A stretch of 46,840 nt of DNA from positions 1-46,840 of the IMG/VR virus record IMGVR_UViG_3300049889_000013; one strand, 5' to 3'. A program made the translations under genes and the position numbers. How positions within the stretch are numbered: position 1 is the stretch's first letter; each line of letters opens with the position of its first letter. This document shows positions 1-7,270 of the stretch, in pieces. The DNA is from a virus. Taxonomy: Duplodnaviria > Caudoviricetes. The notes under the pieces were generated by a model. It was given only the letters and a program-made list of their open reading frames with translations, searched no databases and had not been told where the DNA came from.

Positions 1-233
1 TTCCGCCCACAAGGCTCCATCCGCAACACATCGTCGCGCTTCGCAATCAAACCTTCGGAAAGCAAAAACCCCGCCGCCAATTCCTCATCATGCCCGGGCG
101 TGCGCATCGTGACACTAATCGCCCGTCCGCGAACGCGAATCTCGAGCGGCTCTTCAATCGCGAGATCGTCGGCTCCATTCGTCGCGCCGCTGGAGGTGAA
201 TCGCACGATGTCATCGAAATGCGCCGAGCTCAT
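1..233 (-). CDS. fdhD: Host formate dehydrogenase accessory sulfurtransferase FdhD, 5' part (runs off the window)
   Basis: Manual translation from ATG 233: [12 protein letters not shown]...[46 protein letters not shown] and TMRTPG.D.ELA.GFL.SEG are FdhD signatures. Confidence 0.9.
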   Translation of the reverse strand, partial: MSSAHFDDIVRFTSSGATNGADDLAIEEPLEIRVRGRAISVTMRTPGHDEELAAGFLLSEGLIAKRDDVLRMEPCGR

Positions 234-1747
234 GTATCCGTGATCGTAGCACGCGGGTTGATGTGAGATGTAATGAAAACGCGTTGTCGCGAAGACGCGC
301 GACCTTTCGCGGAGCGAATGGAATCAATGCCTTCTTCGCGAGTCTTCGAATCTTCGCGTCTTCGCGATCGCGCATTTCGATGATGGGAAAGCGTTCCCGG
401 CAGGGGTCGAACCTGCAACCTTCGGCTTCGGAGGCCGAAGTTGATCAGCTGATCACCGATCAGTTTATCCGCCACAACCTCTACGGTCGGCGCGACTTCG
501 CTTTTTTTTTCGCCCTGTAGGGTCAGGTGGGCGCGCTGCGCGCCTACCCCGCTGCGCTGCGCGCCATGCGTGCCCGTCGCGAGCTGGTGCTGCGCGTCGC
601 GCTGATCGGAAGGAACGGCCGGCAGGCCGTCGATCGCCTGCTGTTCATCGTGGAGCTGAGGGTGCATGTACCGCGCCGTGAGCCGGATATCAGAGTGACG
701 GGCGAGCTGCTGCACCGTCTTCATCGTCGCGCCGGGGACCGAGCCCAGGAGCGTGATGTAGGTGTGCCTGAGTGAATGGAAATCAGCGAAGCCGGCGGCC
801 GTCTCGTAGTCGATGCCGGCGGCCGCCAGATCGGCTTTGATCATCAGGTAGGCGCGCTCCGGGATCCTGAACACCGCAGCGCCGGCGGGCTTCCCCTCCA
901 GCCACGCGCTTAGTCGACCGGCTAAGTCGGCGCGGATGATCACGACGTCGAGCCGGCGGTGCTTGCTGCAGGCGGCGGTGACTGTGATCGTCGGCTGCTC
1001 GCCCAGGTGGAAGCTCTCGGGCGTGAGGCTGGCCAGCTCGCTCTTGCGGAGCCCGCTGTACGCGGCCGTCAGGTAGAGCATTTCCCGATCGGCCCCGCTC
1101 ATGCAACGAAAAGCAACGCCGGCCACGGCCGCGGCCAACAACTTCGACAGTTCGCGGGGGGCAAGCGCCCGTCGAGTGTGCCTTGGATCCGTGGCGGCGT
1201 TGTAAAGTTCCATGTCTCGCAGCGGGTTCTCATGCGCGCGGCGGATCGTGGGCCGCGCCAGCCAGCGGCAGAATTGCTTCAGCGCCTTGAGGTACTTGTT
1301 GCACGTCTCCAGCGACCAATCCTTCTCCAGCCGGAGATCGGCGACGGCGAGCTGTACGGCCTCGGCTGTCACGTCAACAACCCTCCCGAGCTCGCAGGCC
1401 TGGCAGATCAGCTTCACGCGCGAATGCACGCTCTTCGCCTGCCGGGATGTGATCCCGCGGGCGATCATCCACGCGCGATAGTCCTCGGCATGGCCGGGTT
1501 TCTCGTCGGTGCCGACGAGCTGCTGCTGCGCCGCCGCGGCGATCTTCTCGCTGCGGGCGTCGAGCTGGCCGAGCCGGTGCATGTCGAGCCAGTGGCTGAC
1601 CGACCGCGCCTTGCGCGCGGTGACCTCCACGTCGGCCGATGCGGTCTCGGTTCTGCGCTTCCTCGTCGTCGGGTGCCGATACGCAATAAGCCAGGGGTCG
1701 GTCGGCGCGCACTTCTTGCCACGCTTGAACACCGAGACACTGGGCAC
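230..1747 (-). CDS. int: Tyrosine recombinase/integrase (prophage form, reads through att)
   Basis: Catalytic motifs [32 protein letters not shown]. Likely start is GTG 1747 (MPSVSVFKR) after GGAGG; the ORF is open to 1837. Confidence 0.95.
   Translation of the reverse strand: MPSVSVFKRGKKCAPTDPWLIAYRHPTTRKRRTETASADVEVTARKARSVSHWLDMHRLGQLDARSEKIAAAAQQQLVGTDEKPGHAEDYRAWMIARGITSRQAKSVHSRVKLICQACELGRVVDVTAEAVQLAVADLRLEKDWSLETCNKYLKALKQFCRWLARPTIRRAHENPLRDMELYNAATDPRHTRRALAPRELSKLLAAAVAGVAFRCMSGADREMLYLTAAYSGLRKSELASLTPESFHLGEQPTITVTAACSKHRRLDVVIIRADLAGRLSAWLEGKPAGAAVFRIPERAYLMIKADLAAAGIDYETAAGFADFHSLRHTYITLLGSVPGATMKTVQQLARHSDIRLTARYMHPQLHDEQQAIDGLPAVPSDQRDAQHQLATGTHGAQRSGVGAQRAHLTLQGEKKSEVAPTVEVVADKLIGDQLINFGLRSRRLQVRPLPGTLSHHRNARSRRREDSKTREEGIDSIRSAKGRASSRQRVFITSHINPRATITDT
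287..367. repeat. Host REP-like inverted repeat
   Basis: TCGCGAAGACGCG (287-299) pairs with CGCGTCTTCGCGA (355-367), with further TCTTCG units between them. It lies outside the prophage. Confidence 0.5.
386..438 (-). repeat. att junction: displaced 3' half of tRNA-Arg(CCG)
   Basis: 53-bp direct repeat of 46736..46788 with 4 mismatches. The identical 20-bp segment CCTTCGGCTTCGGAGGCCGA (419-438 / 46769-46788) spans the anticodon arm. Confidence 0.95.
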
Positions 1748-1928
1748 TCTGTAGGGGAATCCTCCCAAATCTCCTGACGCTCCATTCCCTGTGGCGAGGG
1801 TTTTGAGCAGCTCGATCTGGATGTCCCCCGAACGCATGACAGCGGGAAACGTCCAATAGAATCAGCTGATCTCCAAAAAAAGCAGGCACTTGCTCAACCG
1901 CACCGCCGCCGGTGCCGATGCGCGTTAC

Positions 1929-2126
1929 ATGAACAAGCTGATGCTGGCGTTGCAGGTGGCGGGGGTCATTGCCGCCGTCTGCGTGATCAGCTGGAGCATG
2001 GGCCTTCTTGGCAGTTGGGTTGAAGCGCGGGCTAAACCCGCCAGCCGACGTGACAAGATCCTGTGTGTTTGCGTGATCGCGGTCATCTTGTCGGCCTCGA
2101 TCGTGGCCGCGTTCCTCAAACCGTGA
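1929..2126 (+). CDS. Small two-TM membrane protein
   Basis: Two hydrophobic segments (LMLALQVAGVIAAVCVISW; ILCVCVIAVILSASIVAAFL); divergent from int. Confidence 0.55.
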   Translation: MNKLMLALQVAGVIAAVCVISWSMGLLGSWVEARAKPASRRDKILCVCVIAVILSASIVAAFLKP

Positions 2127-2255
2127 CGGACTGCCGCTGTTGTGAACTCGTAAGCTCACGACAGCGAAGCGCCAAGATATGCCGTGGTTGTCCACTACTT
2201 CTCCACCGAGCCTGTTGAAAGCCGCGGAACTATACATGGGCATGATTCGATGCCG

Positions 2256-2699
2256 CTATACACCGGCTGCCTTCTTTCCCGTGATCTTTTTTTGCCGGGC
2301 GGAAGCTAGGAGATATTTGTCGCGCACGACGTCGCTCCCCTGGTCAGCGCAGTACACGATGAACACCGAAAGCCCCGGCCCCGGCAGATCCCCGTAGATC
2401 GCGTCGTACGCATCCTGAAAGAGAGCTTTGGCTTTGAGCGCTCCCACCGCGGCGACGTCGTCGGCGAGCGTTCCCGACAGGTCGAGGCGTGGCTTTGCCT
2501 TCAATTCTCGCTCGCGCAGCAGATCCGCCCCCACCGCCGCGCAGAAGGTGATGAGCTGGCCGAGCGCCAGCCGGGGCCAGACCCTTTTGAGCAGCTTGTG
2601 CAGGTGTTCGTATTCGCCGCGGGCACGGAGCCGGATGAGCAGTTCTTTCTGCAGGCCCATGGGAACCCACGTCGGCGACTCCCGTTTTCGGTCAGGCAT
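2256..2699 (-). CDS. Candidate phage regulator/repressor, paralog of 2815..3069
   Basis: Shares KRESPT.V.MG..KE.LIRL and Y...YG.LPGPGL with the upstream gene, and has its own promoter with the operator palindrome. Function is inferred. Confidence 0.55.
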   Translation of the reverse strand: MPDRKRESPTWVPMGLQKELLIRLRARGEYEHLHKLLKRVWPRLALGQLITFCAAVGADLLRERELKAKPRLDLSGTLADDVAAVGALKAKALFQDAYDAIYGDLPGPGLSVFIVYCADQGSDVVRDKYLLASARQKKITGKKAAGV

Positions 2700-2706
2700 G
2701 GCGTAG

Positions 2707-2735
2707 ATACTGCCATGGCATACCCAAGCCGTCAA
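2707..2735 (-). promoter_or_regulatory. sigma70-like promoter with overlapping operator, probably leaderless
   Basis: TTGACG-17 nt-CAGTAT-7 nt-ATG(2699); TGCCATGGCA at 2711-2720; no SD. Confidence 0.6.
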
Positions 2736-2740
2736 AGCGC

Positions 2741-2781
2741 AAAAAAGAACCCCCGAGCCGGCTCCAGCGCGTCGGGGGTTC
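2741..2781 (-). terminator. Intrinsic terminator
   Basis: GAACCCCCGA...TCGGGGGTTC stem followed by T6 on the minus strand. Confidence 0.85.
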
Positions 2782-2814
2782 AGGGTGCAGCGGATCGAGG
2801 GGGATCCGCAGGCT

Positions 2815-3069
2815 CTATCGAGCAGCCGCCTTCTTGCGGGGCGGCGATTTTGCCTTCGGTCGAGCGTACCGCCGGCGGATCTCTTCGTAGCCGAAGCTCA
2901 TGGCCAAGCCGAGCAACTTGTTCAGCCCCGGTCCCGGCAGCTCGCCGTACACGTCCTCGTAGAGCTGCTCGCCCTGCTTTCGCAGCGGCTGGCCAAGCCG
3001 GATGAGCATCTCCTTGTCCACACCCATCGAGACCTCGGTGGGCGATTCACGTTTGGCCTTCGCGGACAT
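2815..3069 (-). CDS. Small basic candidate regulator
   Basis: GGAGG SD, MSAKAKRESPTEVSMGVDKEMLIRL..., Lys-rich tail; paralog of 2256..2699. Confidence 0.6.
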   Translation of the reverse strand: MSAKAKRESPTEVSMGVDKEMLIRLGQPLRKQGEQLYEDVYGELPGPGLNKLLGLAMSFGYEEIRRRYARPKAKSPPRKKAAAR

Positions 3070-3096
3070 CTGACCTCCAGTGGTGGCACGTGCGCG

Positions 3097-3125
3097 AGGA
3101 TACCGTGGCATAGCCAGCGGTTCAA
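3097..3125 (-). promoter_or_regulatory. sigma70-like promoter with overlapping operator
   Basis: TTGAAC-17 nt-TATCCT; operator variant GGATACCGTGGCATAG at 3098-3113. Confidence 0.65.
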
Positions 3126-3391
3126 CGGCCAGTCTCGCGCATCACCTGCTCAGTCTTTGCCGCCTGCCCGAGCTGGTACGGCATCCACCGGCAATGCGCC
3201 CCGACCGTTTCGACGCTCGGTTCGTGCAGAAGCAAAACGCTCGTTCTACTCTGCGCCTTTCCCTCTCCATCGAAGTAGGAGATGTTGATCAGGCTTTCAG
3301 AGTGGACCTTCGCGACGATCGCGGCGAAGGGCTCGACCTGGCCGGTGGTTTCGTAGTACCACAGCACGCGGCCGACGGTTGGTTTGATCAC
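3122..3391 (-). CDS. Conserved phage hypothetical protein
   Basis: GGAGG SD; MIKPTVGRV.WY...AAIV..V...C.WMPYQ pattern recalled from small phage proteins. Confidence 0.7.
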   Translation of the reverse strand: MIKPTVGRVLWYYETTGQVEPFAAIVAKVHSESLINISYFDGEGKAQSRTSVLLLHEPSVETVGAHCRWMPYQLGQAAKTEQVMRETGR

Positions 3392-3417
3392 GGCAGACCT
3401 CCAAAAAAGAGAACGGT

Positions 3418-3789
3418 TCAGCGACTCACTGCGCCAGCCGGAGCATTCGTGAGAGTCGCCCCCGCCAGTGAGTCGTCGAGTTTGACTTGGCTGGCAGGGG
3501 CTGCACCAGGAGAGAGCGGATCCGCCTGGATGCGCGCGGCGACGTCGCGCCAGTGATCGACGCGCGAGATCATCGCGTCGAGCTTGGCCTGCAGATCAGT
3601 ATCGATCGCGGATCCGCCGGACGTCTTCACCTTGCGGTACAGCGCCAGCGCGTGCTCCTTCGCCTGACCCTCGGCGTCGGAGATGATCCGATTGACCGCC
3701 GGGAGGAAGCGGCTGGCCACGTAAGCCACCCACTGCTCGGGCGTGTACTGCGCAGTCGATTGCTGCGCGCCGGTTTGTTGCTCAGCCAA
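3418..3789 (-). CDS. Hypothetical protein
   Basis: Probable TTG start overlapping the upstream stop; GC3-rich codons. Confidence 0.6.
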   Translation of the reverse strand: MAEQQTGAQQSTAQYTPEQWVAYVASRFLPAVNRIISDAEGQAKEHALALYRKVKTSGGSAIDTDLQAKLDAMISRVDHWRDVAARIQADPLSPGAAPASQVKLDDSLAGATLTNAPAGAVSR

Positions 3790-5407
3790 CGGACACCACC
3801 TTTCCCGCGGTCGCTTTGAGCGCGGAGTAAAACGGTTCATTCGGAGCGTGCGACGTCGGCCAGAGCAGGCCTTCGGGCCCCGCCTGATGCGCGCTGTTGC
3901 GCTCCGTCTCGAAGTACGCCAGCGCGTAGATCTGCGGATTGGCCGCCAGCGCGGGGTAGGCGTCAGTGATGCACTGCGCCCACTTCGCCACGGCCGGCCC
4001 GGAATGGAAGCCCCACTCGGTGATGAAGAGCATCATCCCCGGATACAACGCGCAGCCACGATCGACTTGCGCGAGCTGCTTGATCCCGGAATCGTCGTAG
4101 GGATGGAAGCCGCCGTAGTCGCACAGCGTCATGTAGCCGGCGGCCTTGGCTTTGCCCGACCAGGTGGGATCGATGCCCGACGTGTTGCAGCCGATGATCT
4201 TCTGGCCGGCAGCGCGGAGCGCCTTGCTCGCCGGCGCGAGGAACTGATTGACGTAATCGGTCCCGTTGATCGAGCCGTAGGAGGCGATGTTCACTTCGTT
4301 CTGAATCTCCCACCAGTCGATCGCGCCGCTGGCCACCTTCGCCGCGGCGTCGTACCAGCGCGTCACCTGGTCGGCCGTGTCGGGTCGCTTGGTCGCGTGG
4401 AAGCACATCGCGATCTTGAGCCCCGTCGCATCCCGGAAGCGCCGGTAACTGTCGAAGAATCCGGCGGTGGGTTTGTTCGCCCAGGACGGCGTCGGTCCCC
4501 AGATCCGGCAGAAGTCGAGCGACTGATCAACGCGCAGCTTTTGCCACGTCGCCGTCGGCAGGCCTGAGCCTCCGCACGTGCCGCGCAGCGGGTGCCTCGT
4601 CGACGTCGGCGGCGTCGAGCTTCCGCCGCTGGTCGAGCTGCTGCCTGTGGATCCGCCGGCAGCCGGCGCGTCGGCCGCGTCGAAGATGAAGTTTTGGCTG
4701 GTGAGCTTCTGACCAGCTGAGAGCGGGATCGTGTGGCCGTAGTACGCGGTGTTCACGTCCACGCCCGACGGCGTCGGCGGTTGCAGTTGCTTCATGCCCG
4801 CCGGCACAACGGCGCGGATCTTGTAGGGATGATCGGCCGGCCGCGGCGGAAGATCTCCGAAGGAGTAATCGCCGTTGCCGTTCGTCGTCGTGCACAGCTC
4901 GCCGGCGTCTTGTTTGTGGTTGTTGTCGGCGTCGTCGTAAACGCTGATGCCCGACAGCCCGGTCCCTCCCTTGTTCATCACGCGGCCGCTGATCGAGCCC
5001 AGGGCAGGCGCGGGCGCATCCGCCTGCAGGTAGAAGTTGCCGCCGACACTGGCCGCCGCATCTCCCTGCGCTTTGAGGTCCGGCCACGCCAGCGCGGTGA
5101 AGGTGCGCTGACCGAGCTTGTTGATCAAGTTCGACGCATCGCCGAGGTCGCCGGCGAACAGGAAGGGCTCCGAGTGCTCATCCTCCTTGCCCGGCCACGT
5201 CGAGCCATCGACGGTGATCCGCACGCTCTTTGGACCGCCGCTGCAGTAAGCGCGGATTGACACGCGCTGGCCGGCGAGCTTGGCCGGATCCACCAGCGCC
5301 ATGTTGTTCTCGGGCGCGGGATAGACGTCGTACAGATCCTTCCAGCCTTTGGGGTCCGTGCTCTTCGGATCCAGCACGCAAAGCGTGACGCGATCGATGC
5401 TGATCAT
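3782..5407 (-). CDS. Glycoside hydrolase (clan GH-A-like TIM barrel) with SdrD B-like domain
   Basis: WWEIQNEVN (acid/base), GFHPY, FITEWG (nucleophile). GSISGRV...GLSGISVYDDADNNHKQDAGE..TTTNGNGDYSF is SdrD B-like, followed by a Ser/Thr/Gly linker. GGAGG SD before ATG 5407. Confidence 0.7.
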   Translation of the reverse strand: MISIDRVTLCVLDPKSTDPKGWKDLYDVYPAPENNMALVDPAKLAGQRVSIRAYCSGGPKSVRITVDGSTWPGKEDEHSEPFLFAGDLGDASNLINKLGQRTFTALAWPDLKAQGDAAASVGGNFYLQADAPAPALGSISGRVMNKGGTGLSGISVYDDADNNHKQDAGELCTTTNGNGDYSFGDLPPRPADHPYKIRAVVPAGMKQLQPPTPSGVDVNTAYYGHTIPLSAGQKLTSQNFIFDAADAPAAGGSTGSSSTSGGSSTPPTSTRHPLRGTCGGSGLPTATWQKLRVDQSLDFCRIWGPTPSWANKPTAGFFDSYRRFRDATGLKIAMCFHATKRPDTADQVTRWYDAAAKVASGAIDWWEIQNEVNIASYGSINGTDYVNQFLAPASKALRAAGQKIIGCNTSGIDPTWSGKAKAAGYMTLCDYGGFHPYDDSGIKQLAQVDRGCALYPGMMLFITEWGFHSGPAVAKWAQCITDAYPALAANPQIYALAYFETERNSAHQAGPEGLLWPTSHAPNEPFYSALKATAGKVVSVG

Positions 5408-5436
5408 CAGTGCCCTCCGTGAAGTGTGAAACGAAC

Positions 5437-5466
5437 GTGGCCCGGCGACACGCGCCGCCGGGCCAC
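5437..5466 (-). terminator. GC-rich hairpin, possible terminator
   Basis: GTGGCCCGGCG / CGCCGGGCCAC 11-bp stem followed by GTTCGTTT on the minus strand. Confidence 0.45.
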
Positions 5467-5492
5467 CTATGCCACCGTTTAGCAATCTACCT

Positions 5493-6014
5493 TCATGCCA
5501 TCGCGACTGCCACGCCTTTGATGAGGCCGGTCGTCACGAAGTCGGTCAGGTACGCGAAGATCCGGCCGACCAGGGCGAGCGCGGAGTTCTGGAGCCCGGC
5601 CGCCTTCACCGCGCCGATGTTCTCCAGGCTGGCCATCGCCGACTGACGTTTGCGCAGCAGCGTCATCTGCGCATCGGAATTGTTGACGGCCGTGAGCAGG
5701 CTGACCCCGACGAACGCCAGCGTGTTGAGTGCGCGGCGCGCGATGTCACTTTCGTCCTGGCTCAGCTCCTGACCCTGCAGTTGCTTGAGGAAGTCGGACG
5801 TGGCGTTGTCCGCTTCGAGCCGAAGCCCGGAGATGAAGTCGGAGCCGCTCTGCGCGAGGCCGCCCCACAGCTGCTGCAGCTGATCCTCGATCGAGCTGGC
5901 GGCCGCGGCGGCTGCGCTGCCGGCGCCGGCGGCCGCGGCGGGAGCTGCTCCAGTGCCGGCGGTGTTGGGCGCGGATCCGGCCGCGGATCCGAATGGTGCA
6001 TTGGTCTGAGTCAC
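5493..6014 (-). CDS. Hypothetical Ala-rich helical protein in the lysis region
   Basis: AAGGAGG SD then GTG 6014; hydrophobic C-terminus. Confidence 0.65.
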   Translation of the reverse strand: MTQTNAPFGSAAGSAPNTAGTGAAPAAAAGAGSAAAAAASSIEDQLQQLWGGLAQSGSDFISGLRLEADNATSDFLKQLQGQELSQDESDIARRALNTLAFVGVSLLTAVNNSDAQMTLLRKRQSAMASLENIGAVKAAGLQNSALALVGRIFAYLTDFVTTGLIKGVAVAMA

Positions 6015-6087
6015 GAGATGCCTCCTTGGGGCAGAATGTGGAATGAAATAAAAAATGGAATAAAAACGCAGGGTTTTGCGCACGAAG

Positions 6088-6474
6088 CTACTGATTGAAC
6101 GACGTGAGGCGCTTGTCCCACGTGCTCAGGAGATCAGCGACGTCCTGGCTCTCCGTGCTGTTCTCCTGCGCGTACTTCTGCAGGATCGGCTTGGCCAGGT
6201 TGTAGCTGTCGCGCTCGGGTCGAGTGCTCCAGCCGTCGATGATCGATTGCACCGCGGTCTGCTGGTCGGTGTGCTGCTTTGCGTACGCGAGCAGGTAGGC
6301 CTGCGCGGCTTTCTCCGTGGTGCCGGCAGCGTGAGTGTTGACGGCCGCGGCTGGCGTCGAGCCGTTCTGACAGCCATCACACCCGGCCACCAGGCCCACC
6401 AGAAGCAGGCAGGTCAGCAGGGGCGAAATCAGACAAATCAGCAGGCGTCGAACGGGGTAGAGGCGCTTGGGCAT
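6088..6474 (-). CDS. Lipoprotein (possible spanin-like lysis accessory)
   Basis: Basic N-terminus, hydrophobic stretch, lipobox LVAGC; overlaps the holin 3' end. Confidence 0.6.
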   Translation of the reverse strand: MPKRLYPVRRLLICLISPLLTCLLLVGLVAGCDGCQNGSTPAAAVNTHAAGTTEKAAQAYLLAYAKQHTDQQTAVQSIIDGWSTRPERDSYNLAKPILQKYAQENSTESQDVADLLSTWDKRLTSFNQ

Positions 6475-6841
6475 TGGGGATCTCCCGGTCGGGAAAGGTG
6501 CCGAGCGTTGGGATCTTCCCTCTGGCAATCGTCCACGCCACAAATGAGAGCCGATCAAGCACGACGTTCCCACCGAGCCAGCCCGCGATTCCGCAGCCGG
6601 CGCAGGTGAGGTACCACTTGTCAGGTCCCCACAGGTAGACGCAGAGAGAGCCAACGACCAGGCCGCCGACGCCCGATACCCCGGCAGCGACGACAGTATC
6701 ACGCAGGCTGAGCTTCTTTGCCATGGCAGCAAAAAAACCCGCCAGCGCGGCGAGCCCGAAACAGAACATCAGCACACGGCCGCTCTGTGCGAACGGCGGT
6801 TCACCCTGGCCCAACAACCGCACGTGGCCTCCCGGCCACAA
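6377..6841 (-). CDS. Putative holin (3 TM)
   Basis: Three Gly-rich hydrophobic segments ending GCGIAGWLGG, reminiscent of LydA-like holins; start uncertain. Confidence 0.6.
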   Translation of the reverse strand: MWPGGHVRLLGQGEPPFAQSGRVLMFCFGLAALAGFFAAMAKKLSLRDTVVAAGVSGVGGLVVGSLCVYLWGPDKWYLTCAGCGIAGWLGGNVVLDRLSFVAWTIARGKIPTLGTFPDREIPNAQAPLPRSTPADLSDFAPADLPASGGPGGRV

Positions 6842-6844
6842 CCC

Positions 6845-7270
6845 CTACTTCTTCGCCGGCTCGGTCGGCTTTTTGTCGAGGAAAAATTGCCCGTCGCCCT
6901 TGGTCTCAAACACTGCCACCAGCTCTTTGAAGCCTCTCTGTAAGCTGAGTGGCAGAGGCCCGGCGTCCTCGCCGTTGTCCGGCGCGATGCGGCCCCATGC
7001 TGTCTTATCGGCTTCCGCCGTAGGAACGTTACCGCTGCGCTCGCGCCGAAAAGTTGTCGCGGCGGTGTGGGCGTGGGCGATGACGTGATCGGCCAGCATC
7101 TGGCGCTCGACGAGCCCCTTGAAGCCGACGGGGTCGTTGGCTTTGAGATGTCCGTAGAAGCGCCGCGCGTATCCGGCCACCAGCTCGTCTTCGAGCGCGT
7201 GACGCCACGCGGGGAGTGCCGGCGGCTTCTTCGCCGGCGGGTTTTTCTGCTGCTGCTGCTCTGCCATCAC
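6845..7270 (-). CDS. Hypothetical protein
   Basis: Coupled to the giant-gene stop (GTGATG); GGAGG SD. Confidence 0.65.
   Translation of the reverse strand: MMAEQQQQKNPPAKKPPALPAWRHALEDELVAGYARRFYGHLKANDPVGFKGLVERQMLADHVIAHAHTAATTFRRERSGNVPTAEADKTAWGRIAPDNGEDAGPLPLSLQRGFKELVAVFETKGDGQFFLDKKPTEPAKK

Noticed and set aside
230-233. Prophage int stop overlapping the fdhD start (ATGA) as deliberate coupling
   Set aside because: Any ATGA start provides a TGA in that frame, so it is probably coincidental; noted only within the int finding.
386-438. Second tRNA gene
   Set aside because: It lacks the 5' acceptor strand and D-arm; it is the att remnant.
6030-6080. AT-rich GGAAT(G/A)AAA repeats as an origin or array
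   Set aside because: Only two short units; better explained as a weak terminator or U-rich leader upstream of a strong SD.
6719-6728. TGCCATGGCA operator core
   Set aside because: It is inside coding sequence, lacks the flanking CTA/TAG bases and has no promoter context.
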